Of a stretch of DNA of 32,000 nucleotides, positions 1 to 9,269 are shown piece by piece. The stretch is from Candidatus Methylomirabilis oxygeniifera (GTDB lineage Bacteria > Methylomirabilota > Methylomirabilia > Methylomirabilales > Methylomirabilaceae). The stretch covers positions 600,001 to 632,000 of the forward strand of contig FP565575.1 of assembly GCA_000091165.1 (NCBI GenBank), given 5' to 3'. The position numbers and the translations under genes were made by a program. Each line of letters starts with the position of its first letter. The stretch's first letter is position 1. Under the pieces are notes generated by a model. The model ran no database searches. It saw only the letters and a list, made by a program, of their open reading frames with translations, and was not told where the DNA came from.

Positions 1-255
1 GTCGGGAGGGTCCTGCATCAGATGGAGGCGTTCGGTGTCGTCGAGTCGGTGAAGGCCGTCTCCGACCTGTACTGTCCGCTGACCGGTGAGGTGCTTGAGG
101 TCAATTCCTCGCTCGAATCGAGCCCGGAGCAGATCAACGCCGATCCCTACGGAGGGGGATGGATCATCGCGGTACACATCGCTGATCCCAGGGAGCTGGC
201 GAATCTGATGTCCGCTGAGGAGTACAAAGCCTTTCTGGCGGCGGAGGAGCACTGA
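1..255 (+). CDS. gcvH: Glycine cleavage system H protein, C-terminal part (truncated by window edge)
   Basis: Frame open from base 1; FGVVESVKAVSDLYCPLTGEVLEVN lipoyl-domain motif; directly upstream of gcvPA. Confidence 0.93.
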   Translation, partial: VGRVLHQMEAFGVVESVKAVSDLYCPLTGEVLEVNSSLESSPEQINADPYGGGWIIAVHIADPRELANLMSAEEYKAFLAAEEH

Positions 256-1604
256 TGCAGTACATCCCGAATACGGAGGCCGACTGTCGCGCGATGCTGG
301 ATGCCATCGGCGTCCGGTCAAGCGAGGAGCTGTTTGCCGACATCCCCTCCAAGCTCAAGCTCAAGCGAGGACTGAACCTGGCGCCGCCACTGTCCGAGAC
401 CGGACTGCGACGGCATATGAAGGAGTTGGCCGGCCGGAACGCGGACGTAGAACAATACCCCTCCTTTTTGGGGGCAGGCGCCTACAATCACTTTATCCCT
501 GCTGCTGTCTCCCACCTGGTGTTCAGATCGGAGTTCTACACCGCGTATACGCCCTACCAGCCGGAGCTGTCGCAGGGGACACTCCAGGCGATCTACGAGT
601 ACCAGACGCTGATCTGCCAGCTTACCGGCATGGAGGTAGCCAACGCGTCGATGTATGACGGTTCCAGCGCCCTGGCCGAGGCGGTGCTGATGGCTCACAG
701 GATCAACGGCCGCCAAGAAGTGGTGCTGCCCATGGCCGTGCACCCGGAGTACCGGACGGTATGCCGCACCTACGTGAGCAAGCTTGGCATCGATCTGCAC
801 GAGGCGCCCTATACGGACGAGGGTACGACCGACCTGAAACAGGTGAAGGCGGCGCTGTCGGATCGCACCTGCGCCGTTGTGGTCCAGAGCCCGAACTTCT
901 TCGGAGTTCTGGAGTCGCTCGATGAGCTTGCGGAGGCCGCTCGCCGCGTCGGGGCGCTCCTGATCGTGGTTGTAGCCGAGCCGGTCTCGTTCGGCATCGT
1001 CCGATCCCCGGGCGAGTGCGGGGCGGACATCGTTGTGGGGGAGGGTCAGGCGTTCGGAAATCCTCTGAACTTCGGCGGTCCCTATCTTGGTTTCTTCGCG
1101 TCGAAACAGGCCTATGTCCGCAGTATGCCGGGTCGTTTAGTCGGCCGGACCGAGGATAAGGTCGGGAGGCCGGGTTACGTCCTGACACTGTCTACCCGAG
1201 AACAACATATTAGGCGGGAGAAGGCGACGTCCAACATCTGCACGAACGAAGGGTTGTGCGCCCTGGCTGCGACCGTTCACCTGTCGCTATTGGGGCGAGC
1301 CGGGCTCAGGGAGCTGGCCCTGCTGAACCTCCGCAAGACGGCCTATGCCAAAGACGCGATCTCTCAACTCCGCGATTACGAGCTTCCGTTTGCGGGTCCT
1401 ACCTTCAATGAGTTTGTGGTGCGGGTGAAAAGGCGGACCCCGGCCCAGGTGAATCGCGCGCTGCTGGCCAAAGGCATTATCGGCGGTGTGGAGCTGGGCC
1501 GGTTCTACCCGGAGCTTTCGGATTGCCTGCTCCTCTGCGTGACGGAGCAAAACAGTCGCGAGGAGATCGACGCGCTCTGTAAGGCAATGGGAGGTAAGCG
1601 ATGA
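255..1604 (+). CDS. gcvPA: Glycine dehydrogenase (decarboxylating) subunit 1
   Basis: 449 aa ORF, MQYIPNTEADCRAMLDAIG..., QGTLQAIYEYQTLICQLTGMEVANASMYDG; overlaps gcvH stop. Confidence 0.96.
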   Translation: MQYIPNTEADCRAMLDAIGVRSSEELFADIPSKLKLKRGLNLAPPLSETGLRRHMKELAGRNADVEQYPSFLGAGAYNHFIPAAVSHLVFRSEFYTAYTPYQPELSQGTLQAIYEYQTLICQLTGMEVANASMYDGSSALAEAVLMAHRINGRQEVVLPMAVHPEYRTVCRTYVSKLGIDLHEAPYTDEGTTDLKQVKAALSDRTCAVVVQSPNFFGVLESLDELAEAARRVGALLIVVVAEPVSFGIVRSPGECGADIVVGEGQAFGNPLNFGGPYLGFFASKQAYVRSMPGRLVGRTEDKVGRPGYVLTLSTREQHIRREKATSNICTNEGLCALAATVHLSLLGRAGLRELALLNLRKTAYAKDAISQLRDYELPFAGPTFNEFVVRVKRRTPAQVNRALLAKGIIGGVELGRFYPELSDCLLLCVTEQNSREEIDALCKAMGGKR

Positions 1605-3178
1605 CGGATGAGGTGCGAGGCAAATCCCCCCTCGCCCCCCTTTACGAAAGGGGGGATGGGGGGTTTTCATGCGGGCCAAGTGCCACAGGCGAGAACGAGG
1701 AGGTCGTTGCCCAGGGACTCGCCTTCAATGAGCCGCTCCTGTTTGATCAGGGATCACGGGGGCGGGTGGGCTGTACACTTCCTGAGTGCGACGTTCCGGA
1801 GCTGAAACCGGAGCGGCTGCTTCCCAGAAAGCTTCTCCGGCACGACATCCCCGGTTTCCCTGAACTCTCCGAGGTCGAGGTGGTCCGGCATTTTACGCGG
1901 CTATCACAATGGAATTACGGAGTCGATACGGGCTTCTACCCATTGGGCTCCTGCACCATGAAGTACAACCCGAAGATCAATGAGGAGGTGTGGCGGCTGC
2001 CGGGCTTTTCATGTGCGCACCCATACCAGCCGGAAAGTCTGATCCAGGGTGCTCTTGAACTGATGTATGAGCTGGAGCAGTGCCTGGCCGAGGTGAGCGG
2101 GATGGACCGGGTGTCACTCCAACCGGCCGCCGGCGCCCAGGGGGAGACCTTGGGCATAATGCTGATCCGGGCGTACCTGGAATCGAAGGGCAATCCGCGG
2201 AAGCGGGTCCTGGTCCCTGACTCCGCCCATGGCACCAATCCCGCGAGTTCCACCATCTGTGGCTACGAGGTGCTGCAGATCAAGTCCGGCCCGAACGGCC
2301 GCCTGGATCCCAAGGCCGTGGCCGACGCCATGAACGAGGACGTGGCCGCCATCATGGTGACGAACCCCAATACCCTTGGGCTCTTCGAGGACCAGATTGC
2401 TGAGGTTGCCAAGATCGTTCATGCGAAGGGCGGGCAGGTCTACTGCGACGGCGCCAACCTGAATGCCATCATCGGGATCTCACGACCTGGCGACACGGGA
2501 ATCGACGTGCTGCACATCAACCTGCATAAGACGTTTGCCGTTCCGCATGGGGGCGGCGGTCCGGGCGCTGGACCGGTGGGGCTCAAGGCGCATCTGGCGC
2601 CATTCATGCCGGTCCCGGTCATCGAGAAGAAGGGAAAGCGGTTCGTCCTGAATGAGGACCTGCCGTCAAGCGTCGGCAAGGTGCGCGCCTTCTATGGGAA
2701 CTTCGCAGCACTGGTCCGGGCCTACGCCTACATCCGTTCGCTGGGTCCATCGGGGCTGCGCCGCGTGGCCGAGGTGGCCGTCATCAATGCCAATTACATC
2801 ATGAACCAGTTGAAAGATTACTACCATCTGCCATACGACAAGTTCTGCAAGCACGAGTGCGTCTTCTCCGATGCGCGTCAGCTTCCGCACGGCGTCCAAA
2901 CCCTGGACATCGCCAAACGATTGATGGATTACGGCTTTCATCCCCCAACCATCTACTTCCCCTTGATCGTCAAGGGGGCCATGATGATCGAGCCGACCGA
3001 GACAGAGAGTAAGGAGACGCTGGATCAGTTCATTGCCGCCATGAAGCAGATCGCCGAGGAGGCCGAGCGCGACCCGGAGCTGGTTCGGTCCGCCCCGCAC
3101 AAGACCAGGGTCTCGCGGCTGGACGAGGCAAAGGCCGCCCGCCATCCGGATCTGCGCTGGAAGGGAAAGACATCCTGA
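1601..3178 (+). CDS. gcvPB: Glycine dehydrogenase (decarboxylating) subunit 2; annotated N-terminus contains a repeat-derived peptide, so the true start is uncertain
   Basis: WNYGVDTGFYPLGSCTMKYNPKINEEV, DGANLNAIIGISRPGDTGIDVLHINLHKTFAVPHGGGGPG (PLP-lysine region). Confidence 0.95.
   Translation: MTDEVRGKSPLAPLYERGDGGFSCGPSATGENEEVVAQGLAFNEPLLFDQGSRGRVGCTLPECDVPELKPERLLPRKLLRHDIPGFPELSEVEVVRHFTRLSQWNYGVDTGFYPLGSCTMKYNPKINEEVWRLPGFSCAHPYQPESLIQGALELMYELEQCLAEVSGMDRVSLQPAAGAQGETLGIMLIRAYLESKGNPRKRVLVPDSAHGTNPASSTICGYEVLQIKSGPNGRLDPKAVADAMNEDVAAIMVTNPNTLGLFEDQIAEVAKIVHAKGGQVYCDGANLNAIIGISRPGDTGIDVLHINLHKTFAVPHGGGGPGAGPVGLKAHLAPFMPVPVIEKKGKRFVLNEDLPSSVGKVRAFYGNFAALVRAYAYIRSLGPSGLRRVAEVAVINANYIMNQLKDYYHLPYDKFCKHECVFSDARQLPHGVQTLDIAKRLMDYGFHPPTIYFPLIVKGAMMIEPTETESKETLDQFIAAMKQIAEEAERDPELVRSAPHKTRVSRLDEAKAARHPDLRWKGKTS
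1621..1665 (+). repeat. C-rich/G-rich palindromic dispersed repeat inside the gcvPB 5' end
   Basis: caaatcccccctcgccccccTTTACGAAAGggggggatggggggttttc; same family at about 7568-7690 and 23881-23932. Confidence 0.85.
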
Positions 3179-3195
3179 CTGCCTACGGACCCGAA

Positions 3196-3702
3196 TCAGG
3201 GCCTAACTTCCTGGGATAGTTGGGTCAGGATGCGGTCAGCCTCCTCGAACTGGAACTCGTTGAGGACATGGATGCCCGCTTGCCGAAGGAGGGCTGTGGT
3301 CACGCCCTGTCCCGGGACCCGTCGGGAAGTAAATGTGCCGTCGTAGATGAAGGACGTGCCACAGGACGGGCTGCCCTCTTTGAGGACCGCGACCCGAATC
3401 GACTTCCGCTGAGCGTACTCAAGCGCCTGCTGCGCACCGGCAACGAAGAAGGCGGAGACATTGCCGCCGTTCAGATTAAGGACCCTTCCGGTGCCCGACA
3501 GGACATTTAACCCACCCATCGCGCCTGCGATCTCAGCGGCCGGCCTTGGGATAGGCAACCCTCCCGCGACCTCCGGACAGAACGGCACGACGCGCCCTTC
3601 GTGCAGCCATCGTTGAAGGACGCTATCATGGCTCTGCGTGTGCTCGCCGTTGTGACGAACGCGCTCACCCAGCAGACACGCGCTCACCATCACTCGTTGC
3701 AT
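3196..3702 (-). CDS. DUF523 family protein
   Basis: MQRVMVSACLLGERVRHNG...VVPFCPEVAGGLPIPRPAAEI...VLKEGSPSCG typical DUF523 motifs; start moved to internal MQRV from ORF start at 3771. Confidence 0.85.
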   Translation of the reverse strand: MQRVMVSACLLGERVRHNGEHTQSHDSVLQRWLHEGRVVPFCPEVAGGLPIPRPAAEIAGAMGGLNVLSGTGRVLNLNGGNVSAFFVAGAQQALEYAQRKSIRVAVLKEGSPSCGTSFIYDGTFTSRRVPGQGVTTALLRQAGIHVLNEFQFEEADRILTQLSQEVRP

Positions 3703-3873
3703 CGTGAGTTGTCCTGTACGCGACCTGGTAATCGCGCGTGAGGCCCCGCACCGATTATAACTAAAACCCAACCTCGGCCCCGAAGTGTGAGTCGCCGAGT
3801 GCAGCGCCTTATTCGGTGTCCACTCTGATCAACTGAGAGCGAGGAAACCCGACTCATCGTCTGCCGCGACATC

Positions 3874-4134
3874 ATGAATCGCTTGCGCCTGAGCCCTCAG
3901 AATGCAAGCCACCTCAGCGGTCGAGCAGTTGCCGAGCCGGATCCAGACTACCTTCGGTGGATGCCCAAGAATAAAGCTCATCTAGTGAAAGTCCGAGTCC
4001 TTGGAGACGATCGTGAAGTCATGACTGGCAGCGTAGGCCCAGACACACCCGTCGTCGGCCGCCTGGAGATCGACATCACGGACGTGACGGGACCCCGGGA
4101 AGAGATCCTCGATTACCTGAACCAGTCCGGGTGA
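3874..4134 (+). CDS. Hypothetical protein
   Basis: 86 aa ORF, no recognised family. Confidence 0.35.
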   Translation: MNRLRLSPQNASHLSGRAVAEPDPDYLRWMPKNKAHLVKVRVLGDDREVMTGSVGPDTPVVGRLEIDITDVTGPREEILDYLNQSG

Positions 4135-4157
4135 CAGGTTCTGATCGAGGAGGAGCT

Positions 4158-4388
4158 TCATGCGGCTGGCGGGATCCAGGTCATGCGGCGCTCACGATCG
4201 GCTGCAAAGGCCAGACATGCTCGGATGTCTTCGGCGGTGAGATCCGGAAAGTCAGCGAGAATCTCAGCCTCGGACATACCGGAAGCCAAGTAATCCAATA
4301 CATCGTAGACCGTGATGCGCAATCCGCGGATACAGGGCTTCCCGCCTCGCTTGCCGGGCTCAATTGTGATGTGTTTACGATAATCCAT
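4158..4388 (-). CDS. DUF433 domain protein (putative antitoxin), apparently without its usual toxin partner
   Basis: ITIEPGKRGGKPCIRGLRITVYDVLDYLASGMSEAEILADFPDLTAEDIRACLAFAADRE. Confidence 0.85.
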   Translation of the reverse strand: MDYRKHITIEPGKRGGKPCIRGLRITVYDVLDYLASGMSEAEILADFPDLTAEDIRACLAFAADRERRMTWIPPAA

Positions 4389-4550
4389 GAGTGGAGTCTA
4401 GCGATACAGGACCGATCATGTCAAGGGTACGTGTACACCAACGACGCGCTCTAGCCGCGCCCGACGAGGGAAGCGCAAGAGGTGGCGTCTCAGCTTTCAG
4501 GAATCAACGTCCTCCGGCTTATGCCGCTCGCAGGCAGTGGTCGTGCCTTC

Positions 4551-4823
4551 TCATGTTTTAAACAGGTCAGAGTGTGTGCCCATTCTCTCGAAGTACATCC
4601 GATCACCGGCGAGTCTGTAAATCAACAGCCAATCGGACTCAATATGGCACTCACGGCGGCCGATGAAGTTACCGACGAGACGATGGTCACGGTAAATCAG
4701 ATCCAGAGGTTCCGCCGCAAGAAGGCTGCGGATAATGATCTTCAGTTTGTCGAAATTCCTACCACGACGACGGCTTCTCTCCAAGTCTTTAGCAAACTGC
4801 CGGGTATATACCGGCGTGTACAT
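4551..4823 (-). CDS. YafQ/RelE-family mRNA interferase toxin
   Basis: YTRQFAKDLERSRRRGRNFDKL...LVGNFIGRRECHIESDWLLIYRL...FERMGTHSDLF. Confidence 0.88.
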   Translation of the reverse strand: MYTPVYTRQFAKDLERSRRRGRNFDKLKIIIRSLLAAEPLDLIYRDHRLVGNFIGRRECHIESDWLLIYRLAGDRMYFERMGTHSDLFKT

Positions 4824-5083
4824 CAGATACCGAGTTTTCGGAACATGTCGTCTGCATCATCGCAGACGACCAGATCACGTCCGGTCTCGGAAGCTTCGAA
4901 TGTCCGTTTCGTGGTTGCTGTCGGAACGACGACATCGAATGGAAGTCCGTCACGAAGCTCAACTTGCCTGTAGAAAATCGTAATGGCTTGCGTTGCATTC
5001 AGGCCCAATCGGTGAAAGACGGATTCGGCGTGGTGTTTCAGGTCCGGTTCCAATCTGGCCCGTACCATTGCGGTCTTGCTCAT
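4823..5083 (-). CDS. RelB/DinJ-family antitoxin
   Basis: RARLEPDLKHHAESVFHRLGLNATQAITIFYRQVELRDGLPFDV; overlaps the toxin ORF by 1 nt. Confidence 0.88.
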   Translation of the reverse strand: MSKTAMVRARLEPDLKHHAESVFHRLGLNATQAITIFYRQVELRDGLPFDVVVPTATTKRTFEASETGRDLVVCDDADDMFRKLGI

Positions 5084-5161
5084 AATATCACCTCCATTTC
5101 CTCAAAATATTGTAGCGCAATTGGGGTACAGACACAAGTCGTCCCTTCGCGCTAACAACTT

Positions 5162-5234
5162 CGATCTCAGCGGCCGGCCTCGGGACAGGCAACCCTCCCG
5201 CGACCTCCGGACAGAACAGCACGACGCGCCCTTC
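5162..5234 (-). pseudogene. 73-bp duplicated fragment of the DUF523 gene
   Basis: Matches 3529-3601 with 3 mismatches; encodes EGRVVLFCPEVAGGLPVPRPAAEI. Confidence 0.75.
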
Positions 5235-5311
5235 GCGCATCCTATTACCAACCTCAGCTACTGCCGAACGCCTGGGTTCAGGAACGGCCACCACAACGCG
5301 ACGCCGCGACT

Positions 5312-5665
5312 TCACCGAACGCCTCCGTGGTGGTCGCCTGGAGCCTCCCTGTTTGGCGCTTCCGCAGATCGCTGGCACGTGTTCCAGATCTCCTCGGACA
5401 CCGCTACGTAGATTTCAGGCGGCCCGGCGATGTCGGCGTCAAACCAGCGCACGAACTCCTCATAAACGATCCGATGCACATCACTTGCAGACGTGGCCTC
5501 GTGCAGGCGCGGCAAGATCGTGCTCACCTCCACATCGTACTCGTCATCCGGTGCGCCGATCGCGATGAGGCGAATCGGATCAGCCTCACGAACGAGGCGC
5601 GACACCTCGGCGTACAGCTCCCCGTACGCTTGTTTCAGCGATGCTCGTCTGTCTGCGCGACTCAT
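5312..5665 (-). CDS. Hypothetical protein, possibly DUF1871-like
   Basis: 117 aa; IGAPDDEYDVEVSTILPRLHEATSASDVHRIVYEEFVRWF. Confidence 0.6.
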   Translation of the reverse strand: MSRADRRASLKQAYGELYAEVSRLVREADPIRLIAIGAPDDEYDVEVSTILPRLHEATSASDVHRIVYEEFVRWFDADIAGPPEIYVAVSEEIWNTCQRSAEAPNREAPGDHHGGVR

Positions 5666-5793
5666 TTTCCATGTGCCGAACAGATATTAGCCGACGGTTC
5701 TCGGACGGACTTTACGATATTGGTGCGTGAAGTATAATACGATATTTGTGACGCATCTCTTGGAACATCCTTGAATCCACCGGGTCCGACTGG

Positions 5794-5836
5794 ATTCCGT
5801 GTCAAGCACGGAATGACGGGCCAGAACAGAAGACAC
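5794..5836 (-). repeat. Inverted-repeat dispersed element, same as at about 11486-11526
   Basis: actggattccgtgtcaagcacggaatgacgggccagaa is the reverse complement of the 11.5 kb copy. Confidence 0.75.
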
Positions 5837-5975
5837 CTCGCAGCTCGTTGCGTGGAAGTTCATTAAAACGCTGGCACAGATACCAACTATTGGATATTCT
5901 GCTGGATAGACCTGTATGTAGTTGCCATGTTCCGCCAGAGCTCTGATTGGGTATAGCAACGGAGGTGAGAAACCA

Positions 5976-6770
5976 GTGCGAACGGCGTTGACCATTGCCG
6001 GATCGGATTCCGGGGGTGGAGCGGGGATTCAGGCCGATCTGAAAACCTTTGCGGCCCTTGGGGTGTTCGGGACATCGGCGATCACGTCGGTGACGGCCCA
6101 GAATACAGTCGGTGTCCAAGGGGTGTATGATCTACCGCCCAAGTTCGTTGGCCGCCAGATCGACTCGGTGCTGGAAGATATCGCCATCGATGCGGCCAAG
6201 ACTGGGATGCTCTCCAGTGCAGCAATCATCCAGGTGGTCGCGGAGAAGGTGAACGCGTATCGGATCGAGCGGCTGGTGGTCGATCCGGTAATGGTGGCCA
6301 AGGGTGGGGCGCCACTCCTGCAATCTGATGCCGTAAAAGTACTTATCGAGCATCTGCTGCCACTCGCGCTCGTCGTCACGCCCAATGTACCGGAGGCCGA
6401 GGCGCTCACAGGGCTGACGATTACTGAGCTCAATGGGATGCGTCAGGCGGCGCGGCAGATCCACGACTTCGGTCCGAGGCACGTCGTCCTCAAGGGGGGC
6501 CACCTTGGCTGTCGTGCGATTGATCTCCTGTTTGATGGAAGTGGCTTTACGGAGTTTGACGCTGAGCGGATCGATACGCCGCACACGCACGGGACCGGAT
6601 GCGTGTTTTCTGCGGCTATCACTGTGGAACTGGCGAAGGGCAGTCCGGTTCCCGAGGCGATCGCCACTGCCAAGCGGTTCATTACGGCTGCTATCCGTCA
6701 TGGGTTTCGACTCGGCAAGGGAGTCGGCCCGACCGATCCGATGGCGGCCGCCGGAAGCCTTACACCGTAA
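5976..6770 (+). CDS. thiD: Hydroxymethylpyrimidine/phosphomethylpyrimidine kinase; GTG start preferred over ORF start 5922
   Basis: VRTALTIAGSDSGGGAGIQADLKTFAALGVFGTSAITSVTAQNT; GGAGGTGAG ribosome-binding site just upstream of GTG. Confidence 0.94.
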   Translation: MRTALTIAGSDSGGGAGIQADLKTFAALGVFGTSAITSVTAQNTVGVQGVYDLPPKFVGRQIDSVLEDIAIDAAKTGMLSSAAIIQVVAEKVNAYRIERLVVDPVMVAKGGAPLLQSDAVKVLIEHLLPLALVVTPNVPEAEALTGLTITELNGMRQAARQIHDFGPRHVVLKGGHLGCRAIDLLFDGSGFTEFDAERIDTPHTHGTGCVFSAAITVELAKGSPVPEAIATAKRFITAAIRHGFRLGKGVGPTDPMAAAGSLTP

Positions 6771-6803
6771 AAACAGGGCAGAGGGTGTAGGGGATATTGA
6801 ATC

Positions 6804-7499
6804 ATGCACAATCGGACCCTGCATCGATGGGACGTCTCGCCGAAAGAAGCGGTGGCGATCCAGCTCACGCTGCGATCTCAGCTTTGTCTGCATGGGACAG
6901 GATCGTTCGCCACAGTCGCGGGGATCGATGTCGCGTACGACAAGCATTCGAGGCTGATGTTTGCCGGCGTCGTTGTCATGAGCGGCGATGGGTGTGAACT
7001 GCTGGATTGCGCCACCGCGACGGCCAACGCACAGTTCCCGTACATCCCTGGACTCCTATCGTTCCGGGAGATACCGCCGGTGATTAAGGCATGGGATCAA
7101 CTCAAGACGGTGCCGGAGTGCCTGATCTGTGATGGTCACGGCCTCGCCCATCCCCGCCGCTTTGGGCTCGCCTGTCATCTGGGCCTCGTACTCGATCTCC
7201 CTTCGATCGGGTGTGCGAAGAGTCGTCTAGTGGGGACGCACCAGGAGCCGCGGACACGTCGCGGGAGCGTTGCGCCGCTGCTGGATCAGGGCGAGCAGAT
7301 CGGCATGGTCCTACGGACGAAAGATGGAGTGGCGCCGGTCTTTGTCTCGCAGGGCGATCGGATCAGCCTGGATGCCGCCCTACAGACGGTGCTCGCAACC
7401 TGCCACGGCTATCGACTTCCGGAGCCTCAGCGACGCGCCCATCTGCTGGTCACGAAGATGCGACTGGCCGCCAAAGCGGGGAAGGATGAGGGAGGCTGA
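6804..7499 (+). CDS. nfi: Endonuclease V
   Basis: VAGIDVAYD...YIPGLLSFREIPPVI...LICDGHGLAHPRRFGLACHLGLVLDLPSIGCAKSRLVG. Confidence 0.94.
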   Translation: MHNRTLHRWDVSPKEAVAIQLTLRSQLCLHGTGSFATVAGIDVAYDKHSRLMFAGVVVMSGDGCELLDCATATANAQFPYIPGLLSFREIPPVIKAWDQLKTVPECLICDGHGLAHPRRFGLACHLGLVLDLPSIGCAKSRLVGTHQEPRTRRGSVAPLLDQGEQIGMVLRTKDGVAPVFVSQGDRISLDAALQTVLATCHGYRLPEPQRRAHLLVTKMRLAAKAGKDEGG

Positions 7500-7567
7500 T
7501 AGCTGACTAATTACGGAACGCTATTTTCCAAGGAACACCTTATACGACTGCGGCCGCACTACGGTGC

Positions 7568-7690
7568 ACGAAAACCCCCTCGATCCCCCTTTGCGAAAGG
7601 GGGAGGCAAAGAGGCGTATCAGTAATACCCCCCTTACGAAAGGGGGGTCAGGGGGGTTTGTCCGAAGCTGAATGCTGACCGCTGATAGCT
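7568..7690. repeat. Two adjacent C/G palindromic repeat units between nfi and the SDR gene
   Basis: accccctcgatccccctttgcgaaagggggagg and taccccccttacgaaaggggggtcaggggggttt. Confidence 0.8.
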
Positions 7691-7727
7691 TCTTTTGGTA
7701 CAGTGAGAGCGAAAAGGGAGAAATCAT

Positions 7728-8498
7728 ATGGAATTAGGGCTGCGTGGGAAGGTTGTGGTGGTGACCGGTGGAAGCCGGGGGATCGGCAGGGCGATTGCTC
7801 TGGGCTTCGCCGAGGAGGGGTGTAAGCTCAGCATCTGTGGACGAGGTCTGCCGGCACTGGAAGAGGCGACTACGGCGATGAAAGCCTACGGGGTCGAACT
7901 GCTTGCAGTATCCACCGACCTCACCGATCCTCATGGAGCCGAGCGCTTCGTACAGGCGACGCTCGACCGGTATGGCCGGATCGACGTCCTGGTGAACAAC
8001 ATCGGCGGGTCGCGCCGCGGAGAGCTGGAAATCCTCTCAGAAGACGATTGGCGGGAAGCGTACGATCTGAACTTCTTTTCCACGCTGCGGATGGCCAAAC
8101 TGGTCGTACCGGTCATGAAGCGACAGGGCGGTGGGCGGATCATCAACATCGCCTCGATCTGGGGACGAGAGTCGGGAGGGGCGATGACCTACAACGCCTC
8201 CAAGGCGGCGGTGATTAGCCTCTCCAAGTCGCTCGCCAAGGAACTGGCGCCTCACAATATCCTGGTCAACAGCGTCGCGCCCGGTTCGACCCTCTTTCCG
8301 GGCGGCTCGTGGGACAGGCGGCAGCGCGAGAACCCGGCTCAGATCGCTCAGTTTATCAAGGATGAGCTGCCGCTGGGCCGATTCGGCCGCCCCGAGGAGG
8401 TCGCCGCCGTCGTGATCTTCCTGGCATCCCAACAGGCCAGCCTCGTGACCGGCGCATGCGTCACCGTCGACGGCTGTCAGTCGCGGTCGCTCATCTGA
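7728..8498 (+). CDS. SDR-family NAD(P)-dependent oxidoreductase (3-oxoacyl-ACP reductase-like)
   Basis: VTGGSRGIGRAIALGFA, NNIGGSRRG, YNASKAAVISLSKSLAKELA, FLASQQASLVTGACVTVDG. Confidence 0.93.
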   Translation: MELGLRGKVVVVTGGSRGIGRAIALGFAEEGCKLSICGRGLPALEEATTAMKAYGVELLAVSTDLTDPHGAERFVQATLDRYGRIDVLVNNIGGSRRGELEILSEDDWREAYDLNFFSTLRMAKLVVPVMKRQGGGRIINIASIWGRESGGAMTYNASKAAVISLSKSLAKELAPHNILVNSVAPGSTLFPGGSWDRRQRENPAQIAQFIKDELPLGRFGRPEEVAAVVIFLASQQASLVTGACVTVDGCQSRSLI

Positions 8499-8815
8499 CC
8501 GCCCGGCGTGGGCGCTGAATCCTGTGCAGGTATATTGAGATTGTCTTGGTCGGTGTTTGTGGGTGTGATAGTGACTCGAAACTGGTTGACAAGTCCCTTG
8601 AAGGGAAAGACAATCCCAGCAGGAACCGACACTCGAATGGCCGTCATATACTGATCAGCGCGCTTATGTCGGTGCGCGATCGGACGACGGCAAGTAACTC
8701 GGGCCGCTTCAAGCAGCGCGGTCTCATATTCGGCGACGCATCGATGGTCAGGGCTGGGGTAGGGTCTGGCGCTGTATCCAGGAACTGATTTCGACGAAGG
8801 ATTGGGAGGCGTATC

Positions 8816-9124
8816 ATGACCCGTGTTCTCGAGAATAAGCGCCAAGCGATAGCTGAAGTCTGCCGGCGTCATGGTGTGGCCCGGCTGGACGCATTCGGCT
8901 CCGCCTTGCGTGATGACTTCAGACCAGGCGAGAGCGATGTGGACCTGCTGGTCGAGTTCTGGCCGATGGCACCATACGCCCGCGTCGACGCCTACTTCGG
9001 CCTGCTCGAAGAACTCAGGGCCTTACTGGGGTCGGAGGTCGACCTCGTCATGGCGGGGGCCGTCAAGAACCCGTACATCGCCCGCGATATCGATCGTACC
9101 AAGCGGATGCTCTATGCCGCATGA
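8816..9124 (+). CDS. MNT-type minimal nucleotidyltransferase (antitoxin of MNT-HEPN pair)
   Basis: LDAFGSALRDDFRPGESDVDLLVEFWP (GSxxRxDxxxxSDxDLLV) and EVDLVMAGAVKNPYIARDIDRTKRMLYAA. Confidence 0.9.
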   Translation: MTRVLENKRQAIAEVCRRHGVARLDAFGSALRDDFRPGESDVDLLVEFWPMAPYARVDAYFGLLEELRALLGSEVDLVMAGAVKNPYIARDIDRTKRMLYAA

Positions 9125-9212
9125 CGCACGCGCCTACTTGGCCGACATCATCGAGTCCTGCGACGCGATCACCGTCGCGGTTCGAGGGCTCGATCTCCCT
9201 CTGTGCCAATAA
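9114..9212 (+). pseudogene. 5' fragment of HEPN (DUF86) toxin gene, cut off at the IS element
   Basis: MPHDARAYLADIIESCDAITVAVRGLDLPLCQ*, overlaps MNT stop; IS inverted repeat begins at 9216. Confidence 0.8.
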
Positions 9213-9269
9213 TAGTGAGACACCTGCCCCCCTGTAAATTAGAGTAGAGGGTAGGGAGGAACACACATC

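Noticed and set aside
4131-4983. Plus-strand ORFs opposite DUF433, YafQ-like and DinJ-like genes
   Set aside because: Antisense shadows of well-supported minus-strand genes
8477-8872. Minus-strand 131-aa ORF between SDR and MNT genes
   Set aside because: No family motif, overlaps the ends of two real genes, and has no convincing start signal
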